Origin: Mobula hypostoma
Lineage: Eukaryota
Direction: 5' to 3'
Assembly: GCF_963921235.1 (NCBI RefSeq)
Contig: NC_086102.1
Coordinates: forward strand, 141,732,001-141,796,000
DNA length: 64,000 nt
The notes under the pieces are model-generated. The model searched no databases and was not told the DNA's origin. It was given only the letters and a program-made list of their open reading frames with translations. The translations under genes and the position numbers were made by a program. Of this stretch, positions 48,601-60,921 are shown in pieces (within the stretch, counting starts at the first letter, position 1; the number at the start of each line of letters is the position of its first letter).

Positions 48601-50386
48601 AGCAGATCAGGCAATGGACAGAGAGGGACCTGGTCCTGTCCCAGGTCAAGACTTTTCTTTTGCAAGGTTGGCCCAGAGTCGTGGAAGGAGAGGAACTGAG
48701 GCTTTATGCCAAACGCAAGACAGAACTCAGTCTGCAGGATGGCTGCATTTTTTGGGGGGTGAGGGTCATCGTGCCTCCCCCTGGCCGTTCACAGATTGTG
48801 GAGGAAGTTTATGAGACTCATCCAGGGGTGTCTCAGATGAAAAGCCTTGCAGGATCCTATGTCTGGTGGCCAAGAATGGATCAAGAGCTGGAGAACAAGG
48901 TAAAATCATGTACACAATGTCAGACTAATCAGAATATGCCACCACCAGCTCCTTTGCATCTATGGGAGTGGCCAGACCACCCCTGGTCTAGGCTACATTT
49001 GGACTTCGCTGGTCCTTTTATGGGGCAGATGTTTCTTGTAATGGTAGATGCGCATTCCAAATGGATCGAAGCTCACATCATGAGCAACATCACAGCCTCC
49101 TCAACCATAGACAAACTCAGGCAAGTGTTTGGAGTCCACGGGTTGCCTGACACTCTGGTCACTGATAATGGCCCGACGTTCACCAGTGAACTGTTCAGTG
49201 AGTTCATGCAGCAGAATGGCATTCATCACATTCGGAGAGCCCCTTTCCACCCAGCCTCCAGTGGTTTGGCTGAGCGGGCTGTTCAGACAGTGAAGGAAGG
49301 CCTGAAGTAGATGACAGGGGACTCTCTCAGTATTCGGCTTTCATGTTTCCTGTTTAAATATCGCCTCACACCACAGACTACGACTGCCCGCACTCCAGCA
49401 GAAATGCTGATGGGGTGTAGGCCCAAGTCAAGATTGGACCTGCTGCGCCCGGACATGAATGCAAAAGTGGAGAGAAAGCAGGAAAAGCAGAAGGAGGGAC
49501 ATGATCAACATGCGCGAGAGAGACAGTTAAAACCGGATGACAATCTCTATGTGAGAAACTATCAGCAATGGCTGCCTGGGGTTATTCTTAAGCAGAGTAG
49601 TCCCGTCTCCTATGTTGTTAAGCTGACTGATGGGCGTGTTTTCTGCAGATATCAGGACCATGTGCGCCTGCGTCATGATACCGGCTCAGAGGCAGACAGT
49701 TCCATGGAGTTTCCATTTGTGAGACAGACTACGGTGGAAGCATGTCCACCAGTGACTTTGCCAGAGGGAGAGACGCTGGTAGAGGGGTCGGGGTCCCCTG
49801 AGGAGGAGGATGGACATTCTCACGCAGACACACAGACCCCTCTCATGCCCGCAACACCAGATCCACCCAAAACACCCTCACCAGTGGTGCCTGCTGGGTC
49901 ACCAGGGGTAGTGCGCAGATCACATTGCACTCGTAAACCTCCTGACAGACTGAATCTTTGACGGGACAGTATTTTTTTTGTTGTTGTTAGATTGAATGTT
50001 GAATCCGTCACATTTTCCAGATGTTTTGTATTGATAAACTGTTGCTGAGATACTAGTATAAGTTTTCAGGGGTACGCAAGTTAATAACACCACTGTTTTT
50101 ATTTCCCAGTTTTTACATTTGGGGAATGTTGGATTTTAAAGGGGGAGAAGCGTTGTAATGTGAGCATTAGTAAAAGTAAGTTAATACTAATTAGGATAAT
50201 AGGGGGGGCGGGCGGTGTTACTTTCGTTCTTTGACTTCTGGTGTGCTTTTTATATGGTGTGCCTACCATGCAGTACGGGTTGTGAAAAGCCTCTGTATAT
50301 ACATAATGGTTTTGAAGTTCGAGATAAAGTTGTTTCTTTGGCACGAAGTTGTCGAGCGTGCCTTTTTCAAGGTAGAAGTTACCACA
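45684..50386 (+). mobile_element. Full-length, inactivated Gypsy provirus (Mag-like)
   Basis: LTRs 45684-45911 and 50151-50386; 5-bp TSD GTTGC/GTTGT. PBS TGGCGACGAGG at 45918-45928 is complementary to the 3' end of tRNA-Ser(GCU). PPT aaagggggagaag at 50138-50150. Domain order: gag with Cys knuckles, protease IDSGA, RT YLDD, RNase H DAS, integrase HHCC/DDE. Stops at 46376, 46598, 48254, 49308 plus frameshifts. Confidence 0.95.
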
Positions 50387-51789
50387 GTTGTATGTTGCAC
50401 CCTAAAGACTTGATTTACGGGGGAAAAACACAGCTGTGAGAAGTATGTGAATGATGTCTGGAAATCATTTGACATGCTAAGGTGAATTGTGTACAGAATT
50501 TTCGGGGTCATTGTCCCGACGGGTGCCATTTCACCTGGGAATGATCACTACAGTCATCTGGCCCAGGTACAGTTGCAGATTTCTGGGCAAGTTGTGCATG
50601 AGAAATATCCAGTGATGTATTGAATCTCTGAGCTGAAGTACTAAACTCTCCAACACCTTAAACTTGTTCCGAATCTGTAACAGAGTTTATACTGCATTTC
50701 CCCTAAACCCCTTCAGCTTGTTTGAAAAACAAACTTCCAACACTCTGGTGTCCAATTCACTGCAGAAATATGGAGATACAGTAAATAGTCAAACTGAATA
50801 AACTAAATGACAGACCCACTGCTTGAGTTCTCATTCTGCTTTAACAGCTGATGGAAAAGAGCAGTCAACTGAGAAATAACCGAATACCTTGGATCCACAA
50901 ATGCAATGGTTCACTCTGTGGTTGCACATCCCTTGTGAAGAGCTGGAAACAGAGCAGCACCTTGCTGACAGTACAAATCATGCGGGAATGAATGAGGATT
51001 TTGTTCCACACAGAAAGCTGTGATAATCGAGAATGCACTGTTTGAAACTGAGGCTTGAAATGGAGTACTGGTTAGTTTCAAAAGTGAATCATAGAAAGTT
51101 TCAAAAGAAAATTCAAAAAAGAAATAACACTGCATTCTCGGGGCAAGACATGATTGAAGGTTTCAGTGATATGGAGATGAAATAGGAGTAGAGGTTGGCA
51201 AGGTCGACTGACAGCTGTGTAATAATAAATCTTCCATCACAGCATAGAAAATACATTCATGTTTTCATTCACCAATGTCCAAGAATAAACAAATCTATAA
51301 AGTGCTGCCTAAGAGTCGACAATACTTTGTTCTCTTTTGTTGTTTGGCTGGAATTCTCTGCTCTCCTAATGACAATATTGTGGAACATTTCCAAAGCTTT
51401 CCCCTGCTTTACAAATCAGTGCATTGAAGTATGTGCTCAGAGCTATGACCAAAAAATGTTGTATTTTACTTATTTCTATTGTTAAGGTGTACGTTGTGTC
51501 CGCAGAGGGTAGCACCTCTGGTGAAGAGGCTTGTTGTGTCCATTCTGAGGTAGTTCTCTCACCTTTGGTCTCCATTCAGCACTCAGCACTCACCTGTGGC
51601 ACCAGGTATGTTGTCTGTATGTTCTATACACCTCAGTACTCCGCTTCGCCAGGCAGACTAAACCAGGTGAGGGTAGCTGGTGGGCCTCATACCCGGTAAG
51701 ATTAAGGTCATGCCTGTTCTAGCAGGCACAGTCAGCTCTAGCAGACCAGATATATGAAATTGGCCAGGAAGGCGATTTTGCAACACCTT

Positions 51790-52754
51790 CTGCCTCTGCT
51801 TCTGCTTGGTACAGCGCAAGCGCTGCCAGACGGCTGTTACAATGTGCAGTCGGTGTGAACGGCGTGGGAGTTAAATTGTAAAGTAAGCTTTTTTGACTAG
51901 ATCCCCTAAATCGATTTGACTGAGTCTATCTTCAAAAATATTAATGTCAGAAATACTGTGCAGGTCTGGCGACAGAAGATTCCACTCTCTTGTTGATCTT
52001 GGGTAGAGGGAGTACTGGTAGCAAGTCTTATTGAATGAAGGAGTTTCCAATATGTGAGGTCCAGTTTGCTGTCGAGCTGAACTGACCCTGTGACGAATTT
52101 GGATGTTAGGTGGAGTGATGTTGTGAACATCTTTGAAAGTGAATATTAACCTTAGTTTAATACATTGGTTTTCAAGTGGTTCCCATTGAAGGTTAGAGAG
52201 CATTTTGGTGACACTGGATTTCACAAAGTGAGCAGCACGGCTTTGGATTTTTTTCGATGGACTTCTTATTGTTAGCTTGATGGGGATCCCATATGGCCGC
52301 GCAATACCCAAGCTTTGGACGGACGAGTGTCTTATATACCATGTCCTTGACGGATTTACTACATGAGTGGAGGTTTCTTCTCAGGGTACCCAGCATTTTA
52401 TTTGCTTTGGCTGTAATCTGATTGATGTGGCATGCCCAGTTAAGATCCTTGCTAATTTCAACGCCAAGATATGGGTGATGGTGACTGTTTCAAGAATCTG
52501 TCCATTCATGTTGTATGTCGTGTTGGTTGGTTTAGCTTTGTGACTGACATGCATAGCATTACACTTAGATGAATTGAAGGACATTTGCCATTGAGACTCC
52601 CATTGACATAATGAATCAATATCGTTTTGCAGCAGCTGAACATCTTGATCATTTTTTATCTCACGGTAGATTATGCAGTCATCTGCAAAAACTCTGACTT
52701 TGGACTTGACTATATTTGGCAAGTTGTTGATGTAAATGAGAAAAAGTAAGGGTC
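51790..52754 (-). mobile_element. 5'-truncated CR1/L2-group LINE of a distinct family with a (GCAGAA)n tail
   Basis: Three overlapping ORF pieces: GPLLFLIYINNLP...FADDCIIYREI; LVRPKLGYCAAIWDP; YSLYPRSTREWNLL. Tail ttctgcctctgcttctgct on +. CCTT on both flanks. It interrupts a repeat that is contiguous at 480-500. Confidence 0.85.
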
Positions 52755-53922
52755 CCTTGTGGAGAACAAAGAGCATGACGAGGCACAAAAGAAGTCAAAT
52801 TCCCAAGGCACATCATCATATTCTCTACTTGGCTGGATGAGTGGAGCTCCAACATCTCTCAGTAAGTTTAACTCTCTCAAAGCATTCTTCTTGGATGACA
52901 GATTACCAACATCTGAAATGTTCATTCAGAGCATTGATACATAGTGGCTGCAGTGTGTATCATCTACAAAAAAACACTGTGGATACTTGCCCTGGCTGCT
53001 CTGATAATATTTCCCAATGGACAGGGGAATATTGCCATCTGTAGCTTCCCCTCCACATCACATAGTTCACTGATTTGGAAACCTATCACTTGTACTTCAT
53101 CGCCACTGGGTTTAAATCCTGAAACTCCCTGCTAACAGCTTTGTTGGAGGACTTCACTAGATTGCAGGGATTTAGAAAACTGTTCACCTCCATTTTCTCC
53201 AGGGTAGTTAGGGATGGGTATTAAATGCTGGTCTTGTCAGCAACACCAGATCATGAGAAATGAATATAGTTTTGAAAAGTTATTGAATCTTCGAAGTATA
53301 CAGTGAAATGCATCATTTGCGACAACAACCAACACAGTCCGAGGATGTTTTGTGGTCTGTCTGCAAGTGTTGTCATGTTTCCAGTGCCAACACAGCATGC
53401 CCACAGCTTTCTCACCTGTAGGCCTTTCGAATAGGGGGGGGGAACCACGGTAATGAGGTGAATATACAAACTTGTTAAAGGCAGTGAGGGTGTTGAACCT
53501 GAATCACTGGTGCTGGCTCCGAAGGTAATTTTTTTGAAACATCTCTATGACAGACGCCATCTCCCGGTCCCCACAGAGAGCCAGATCCAATAGCTCGGGT
53601 GTTTGCACCTTCTCTCTCCTCTCTCATCGGTTTCCTCTGGGTGTCTTAATTTCCTCCTACATCACAAAGCTGTGCAGATTGGTACATTTATCGGCTATTG
53701 CAAGTTGACTCTGACGTGTAAATTTTGGTAAAACTCAGGACATATCTCGGCACTGCGACTGTTTGGAGTTCTAGAATGATCCCTAGCATAGAACGAAAAA
53801 GGCTGATTTACTGCATTGTAGAATTAAATTGCCTACTGCAAAACAAAAACAATCAATGGATCATTGACACGTCTCGTATCCTCAGGTGCTTTTTCAGCAT
53901 TCACGGGACATATGTTGTTTTC

Positions 53923-53994
53923 TGCTGACCTCAGGTTTGCATCATTTACATTACAAAGGCCTTGCTGGAAAAGCCTTTCTGTCCAGTATATAAA
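53923..53994 (+). promoter_or_regulatory. Gene 4 promoter: MARE-like site and TATA box
   Basis: TGCTGACCTCAGG 53923-53935; TATATAAA 53987-53994. Confidence 0.7.
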
Positions 53995-54044
53995 TACCCA
54001 GTTACAGTTACATGTAGTCAGTTGGTTATTGACCGTACATCACA

Positions 54045-56917
54045 ATGGGAAAGGCAAGACCACTTTTCATTTTGTGAATTATATTGTAACCATCATTTGT
54101 CCTCAGTCTGATTTAAGCTATTTATTTCTTCCCACAGATCATCTTCTACGAGGACAGGAACTTCCAGGGTCGGCACTATGAGTGCAGCTCCGACTGTGCC
54201 GACCTCTCCCCTTACTTCAGCCGCTGTAACTCCATCCGTGTTGACGGTGACTGGTGGGTGTTGTACGAGAGACCCAACTACATGGGATATCAGTATGTCC
54301 TGAGCAGGGGAGAGTATCCTGACTACCAGCGCTGGATGGGATTCAATGACTGTGTCAAGTCCTGTCGCAGTTACCCACCTGTAAGTTGCTGTTGGTGACT
54401 GAGATATTCCAAGCCACTTGACACACTGCTAGAAAATGGCTGACATTTGCAATAATTACACTTGTGCACAAGCTCGTTCTCTGAAATGTTAAACTGCTGT
54501 GAATGCTAGAGTTAGTTGCTGGCATTTGAAGTCAAGTTTGGAGTCAGTAGATATTTCTTGAAGGAGTCAACAGAAATGAAGTTGGTTCAGGAAAGTAGTG
54601 AATCTGGTGTGAAGGATGAATGTCCGATTGCTTTTGACAGATGGAGCTGTATCGGTGATTGTGAGGGCACTGGGTAAAGAATCGGAATCAGAATCAGATT
54701 TATTATCACTGGCGTATGCATCACTGGCTTTTTATGCTGAACCGATGTCAACACATAAGATGCTGGAGGATCTCAGCCAGTCAGGCAACATTTATCAGGC
54801 CTGATAAACAGCCTCAAACTGAAATGTCTCCACAGATACTGCCTGACCCTTTGAGTTCCTCCAGCATTTTGTGTGCTGATCCAGATTCCAGAAACTGCCC
54901 TTCCTTGTGTCTTCTTTATTGAAGTCTAGTTGGGCCACAGAAAATATCTGGTCAGTTTGTGCTAGTTTTACAGAACATCATATATACAGTTATAGCACGT
55001 GGACATTGATGACTCAGACCTCAGTAAAACAAAAATCACAAAATTTGAAAAATGGATCGGAAGGTTATGAGTCAAGCATTGGGAAATGGGAGGTGGTCAT
55101 CTTGGTCAGCATGGACCAGTTGGTGTGAGGAGTCTCTTTCTGTGCTGTGTTAATCTGTGATTCATTTGATGTATTGTAACCCACAAAGAGCAGGGAACAT
55201 GGAACATAGAATGTGAATATGTACTGCACAGTACATGTCCTTCGGACTATGATTTTATACCAGTCTTTTACCTTGTTCAAATGTCAAACTAACCCTTCCC
55301 TCTTACAGAGCCCTCCATTTTTCTTTCAATCATATGCCCATCTAAAAGTCGCTTAGATATATCAGCCTCTATCATCACACCCGGCAGATTGCTCCACACA
55401 CTTACAACTCTGTAAAAATTTTACCTTTTGCATCCCACTGGACTTTGCTCCAGTTTCTTTAAATTTATGCACCCTCCTGTTAGTCACTTTAGCCTTGAGA
55501 AAAATTCTCTGATTGCTCACTCTATCTGTTCCTCATTACATCTTATAAGAGGTAAGAGGGATTGGACAGAAAAAATATTGACTATTAAGGTTTCAATGGG
55601 ACGAATGGCTGCTTTTCATGAATTTGTGTGGTGTTTCATTCATAATAAATCATCCACCTTATTCAATCAGGCTGCTTCTGGGCTGGATTTCAAAAACCTA
55701 CTTGTTTAATTGCATGATATCAGAGAACCACAGTGAGGTTAAGGCATGGAATGAGGCTCTTTGGCCCATTAAATCCATGTTAGCTCAATGTTGAAGCAAA
55801 CTGCTCTCTCCGACAAATTGCAAGTTATTTCAAAATCATCTGCTTCACATTTGTCAGGTAATAAGAAACAAAATGCCAGGTTCCATCAGATACCCAGGTT
55901 GAAATGAGAGATGACTGTGTTATTGTTTCCAATAATCACATCCTGTGTAGAGTTATATTTACAGTTCTGACAGAGGAAGTGAGGAATGAGGAATCTGAAA
56001 ACCGTCAGAATAATTTGCATCCTTTTTTTATATTAGTAATTCAAGCTATTTACAGACACAGACCAGCACATACTGTATGTACATTTATCATTTACCATGA
56101 TCCTTTAACATAAATTTCACATTAATTACATGTTATCCTCAGTGGAACTAAATTCTGTAAACTTTGTTCTTTTTGTTAATACTGTTTTCAGAAACCCATA
56201 ACAAACTCCTCAATCAGGTATTACTCTCTATCGATACGCAAAAGATCCATCTAATTCAGAAACACAAAAACAACATTATTTCTGTCATATATACATTCAT
56301 GTGATTATATTGAGCATGCTTTAATGTCCTTATATATCTTTTATGTGATCAATAACCAAATTTTTTTTTTGATATTCATGAGATTAAATGGTTCTTAGCT
56401 GCCTCCTGTAGAAACAGTGAACTTCCTCAATCTTAAGTCATGATTGTCTAGGTTTTAATTGCCTTCAATGCAGAGATAAATTTTCTCCACATTATTTCAT
56501 TAAGGATAGTCTTGAAATATAATTAATTATTGATAATCCTGAGGCTTGATACAACTGTATCTATATATAAAGTCTGTGATATTTATATGCATTTTGACAT
56601 GATTATACTGCATTAAGGATGCATAAAATCCTTTATTCCAGTACCGAGGGGGCACCTACAGGATGAAGATTTATGAGAAGCCTGAATTTGGAGGGCAGAT
56701 GATGGAATTCATGGACGACTGTCCCTCTGTCTACGATCGTTTCTGTTACCGTGACATTCACTCCTGTCAGGTGATGGATGGTTACTGGATCTTCTATGAA
56801 CATCCCAACTACAGAGGCCGACAGTACTTCCTGAGACCCGGGGAATACAGGAGATACATTGACTGGGGCGGCTACAACTCAACTGTTGGTTCCTTTAGAC
56901 GAATGAGGGACTTCTAG
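54045..56917 (+). CDS. CRYG: Gamma-crystallin, gene 4 (exons 54045-54053, 54138-54380, 56642-56917; 175 aa; GC-AG intron 1)
   Basis: Exon 1 donor is AAG|gcaaga. Exon 2 [11 protein letters not shown]...[10 protein letters not shown]...SCRSYPP; exon 3 [19 protein letters not shown]...[13 protein letters not shown] at 53987, AATAAA at 56964-56969. Confidence 0.93.
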
Positions 56918-59159
56918 TTGGCTCTTAATCAGCAGCATATTATTCTGAGAACATATTTCAGAAAATAAAATAACCTTGCAAGACCATTGTTATTGTAATT
57001 CATTTATTTTGATGTTGTTATAACATTGCGTTAACCATATAAAACAGCAATGGTACCTGAGTCCTGTGTGGAGGCTTTGAACCATATTAACCTCAACTCA
57101 GGATTATTTCTCATCTTAGCTGCTGTCATTGTGGAGATAAATTTTATCCAGAGACATGCTGAATATGTAATTCATTATTGATCAGGTCATCTTCTCCTAT
57201 TGAGAGGATAGTGATAAATTGTCACACCTCTGTGGATTCCTGTTCTTATGGAGAGATACAATATGGAAACAAGCCCTTTGCCCCACTGAGTCAGGGCTGA
57301 ACATCACCTACCCACTTACATGAATCCTTCATTGATCTCATTTTTAAAATCTCCACATATTCTCATAATTTCCCCAGATTGTAGTCACCTACAGACAGAG
57401 AACAACATACAATGGCCGATTTACCCACCAAATAGTTCACCTCCCACATCTAGAACAAACCAGAACACCTAGAAAGAAGACATGGGCTTGCAGTGAGAAT
57501 GTGCAAATCCTATACAGACATCACTTTAGGTTGCTGACATAGTGAGGCAGTGGTTCTACTACCTGCACCACCACACTGCCTCTTCCCGCCTGTTGCAAAC
57601 TGGACACATACCATCCATTTTTGTGTCAGTATTTTTGAGACGTTTACAGCCCAAAAGACAAAAGTGCCGACAATAGTATCGTTAATGAGAATTCTTGTTG
57701 CAATCTACTAATTAGATAGACTCTCTTTTCCCGAATGATATTTCCTTCACAACTAATTTCTGACCATGTTAAAGGACACTTCCAATTCCAAACAATTTTA
57801 TTTGTATTATGATTAGTGAGGGATAAATGCAGTTTGGAAGACTACATTGACAGCTGTCCATCATACAAGAAACCTTGAACTGTAAGATAGAGGGATGGTA
57901 GCCAGTATAAAGAAGGACTGGAGCAGGGGTTGGCAGATAGATCCAGATGAAGGGATGAATGAAAATCTGAAGGATTTCTTGTGTGAGTGTTGTTGGGGAG
58001 TGTTCAAAGGAATTCAGAAAGTTAAAGTGTAAGAACAATAGTAATAGTGATATGAGTAACCAGACTGTGAAGAGGGTAGACATCCAACTCGAGATTGAGC
58101 AGGGGAAAATGGAAAACATCCTGAAGTGAAGATCTGGAAGTATCCCTCCATCATAAAATATCTCACCATCATCCCTCCCTTCTGATCTTCCTTCCTTCTC
58201 ATTTTCCAGCACCTACGGCCTTTTGTATCTCCGCCTATCACATTTCATCCTCTGTCTCTCCCTCCTGGATCCACCTTCCATTATTCCCCCTCTCCTTGTC
58301 TGTTTATATGTATCACCTACCAGCCATTCTCTCGCACCCTTCACCCTGACCTTCCCCATACATGGTTCTATCCTTTTTCCACCTGGTTACACCTGTTGCC
58401 TGCCAGTCCCCGCTTCATTCCTCTCCCTCCCTTCTATTTACTGGTTATCTCCCTTCTACACTCTTATTCCTGATGCAAGGCTTTGAGCTAAAACATTGAC
58501 CACCTTCTTGCCTCCATAGGAAAGCCCCAACACCCTAAATCAACGCTAAATCAATCACTTTCCTCTATGAACTTCTTTTGTGAGTTGGACAGGAGATGCT
58601 GATGTCAGTATTAAATGTACATTCGGTGGCTGCACTGGGGACCTGATTACTGTGTCAGGAGTTAATGTGAAGGCAGAGCTCACATGCAACCTTCAGATGC
58701 CAAACTAAGTAATCTGAGGTGTCAGTTCATTGGCTAAACCAAGGTGCATCCTGCAGAAAACAGTGGACTGAAAACAATTTTTTTTATATAGTACAATAAC
58801 CAAAGCATAGAATGACCAGCAATCAAAACTGCAATTTGTGGAAATAAAATTTTCATATCCCTCTGCAGATGCTGCCTGCCCCTCCGAGTTCCTTCAGTAG
58901 TTTATTGTTTAATGAAGAAAGTGAATGATTTTGAGAGTAGCGAAGAAAGAGCAAAGGACAGTAACATTGGGGTGAGTCATTTCCAGACCAGTAAATAGTA
59001 ATATCAATGAAAGGCACAGGAAATACAGTAACTATCGGCCACTCTCATCTATGAAGACAGAGAAAATCAAGTTAGCTATTATCGCAGGGAGGTAGAATTT
59101 ATGGAGAGTAAGTCAGAAGGCTTTCAAGATCAGTATGTGGGGAAACCAATGAGAATGTA

Positions 59160-60420
59160 AGCAACACACATCAAAGTTGCTGGTGAAAGCAGCAGGCCAG
59201 GCAGCATCTCTAGGAAGAGATACAGTCGACGTTTCGGGTCGAGACCCTTCGTCAGGACTAACTGAAAGAAGAGATAGTAAGAGATTTGAAAGTGGGGGGG
59301 GGAGGGGGAGATCCGAAATGATAGGAGAAGACAGGAGGGGGAGGGATGGAGCCAAGAGCTGGACAGATGATTGGCAAAAGGGATATGAAAGGATCATGGG
59401 ATAGGAGGCGCAGGGAGAAGGAAAAGGTGGCAGGGGGAGCCCAGAGGATGGGCAAGGAGTATAGTGAGAGGGACAGAGGGAGAAAAAGGAGAGAGAGAGA
59501 GAATGTGTGTATATAAAGAAATAACGGATGGGATACGAGGGGGCGGTGGGGCATTAGCAGAAGTTTGAGAAGTCAATGTTCATGCCATCAGGTTGGAGGC
59601 TACCCAGACGGAATATAAGGTGTTGTTCTTCCAACCTGAGTGTGGCTTCATCTTTGCAGTAGAGGAGGCCGTGGATAGACACATCAGAATGGGAATGGGA
59701 CGTGGAATTAAAATGTCTGGCTACCGGGAGATCCTGCTTTCTCTGGCGGACAGAGCGTAGGTGTTCAGCAAAATGATCTCCCAGTCTGCATTGGGTCTCG
59801 CCAATATATAGAAAGCCACATTGGGAGCACCGGACACAGTATATCACCCCAGCCGACTCACAGGTGAAGTGTCGCCTCACCTGGAAGGACTGTCTGGGGC
59901 CCTGAATGGTGGTAAGGGAGGAAGTGTAAGGGCATGTGTAGCACTTGTTCCGCTTACAGGGATAAGTGCCAGGAGGGAGATCAGTGGGGAGGGATGGGGG
60001 GACGAATGGACAAGAAAGTCACGTAGGGAGCGATCCCTGTGGAAAGCGGGGGGAGGTGGGGAGGGAAAGATGTGCGTAGTGGTGGGATCCCGTTGGAGGT
60101 GGCGGAAATTATGGAGAATTATATGTTGGACCCGGAGGCTGGTGGGGTGGTAGGTGAGGACCAGGGGAACCCTATTCCTAGTGGGGTGGTGGGAGGATGG
60201 AGTAAGAGCAGATGTGCGTGAAATGGGGGAGATGCGTTTGAGTGCAGAGTTAATGGTGGAGGAAGGGAAGCCCCTTTCTTTAAAAAAAGGAGGACATCTC
60301 CCTCGCCCTGGAATGAAAAGCCTCATCCTGAGAGCAGATGCGTCGGAGACAGAGGAATTGCAAGAAGGGGATGGCATTTTTGCAAGAGACAGGGTGAGAA
60401 GAGGAATAGTCCAGATAGGT
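59160..60420 (-). mobile_element. Penelope-like element, 3' part: RT C-terminus, GIY-YIG endonuclease and pseudo-LTR
   Basis: ORF 59554-59880 (FTCESAGVIYCVRCSQCGFLYIGET...EHLRS...PVARHFN...EQHLIFRLGSLQPDGMN) is a PLE-type GIY-YIG. Upstream lies ERGFPSSTI...PLVLTYHP. The element is absent from the paralogous position near 37700. Confidence 0.92.
59224..59259 (-). ncRNA. Minimal type-I hammerhead ribozyme motif in the Penelope pseudo-LTR
   Basis: The - strand reads AGTC-CTGACGA-A-GGGT(CTCG)ACCC-GAAAC-GTC-GACT: intact core, perfect stems I and II, GUC cleavage triplet, palindromic ACGT in place of stem III. Confidence 0.8.
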
Positions 60421-60921
60421 GTGAGCTTCAGTAGGGCATACATAGACTTGGGGTGAGAGAAGAAAGAGTTAAGACATAAGACATTCGACATAAGACATAG
60501 AGCAAAATTTAGGCCCTTTGGCCCATCAAATTTTCTCCCCTATTTGATCATGGCTGATCCATTTCCCTCTCAACCCCATTCTCCAGCCTTCTCCCTGTGC
60601 CTTTCATGCCCTGTCCTATCTATCAACCTCCTCTTTAAAGACACACAATGACCTGGCCTTCACAGCCGCCAGTGACAACTAATTCGACAGCTTCACCATC
60701 CCCAGCTAGGCAATTCTTCTTCATCATCGTCCCTCACCCTATCAATCTTCTAAATTCTAGCGTGTACAAGCCAGAACAAAGCAACTTTCCTCATGTGACA
60801 AGCCTCTGAACCCTCTCTAGTGTCAGCACATTGTTTCTTACCGTACATATAATATCCACAGTATGTTATATGCATTTTTGACATTATTATATTAAGAATG
60901 TATTAAAATAATTTATTCCAG

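Noticed and set aside
50400-51330. Unique-looking spacer as a hidden gene or enhancer
   Set aside because: No convincing ORF, splice pattern or recognisable motif; cannot be supported without conservation or chromatin data.
53864-54181. ORFs overlapping the crystallin promoters (also 16017-16259, 32545-32739)
   Set aside because: They run through the TATA box and intron 1 out of frame with the crystallin; similarity reflects the duplicated promoter.
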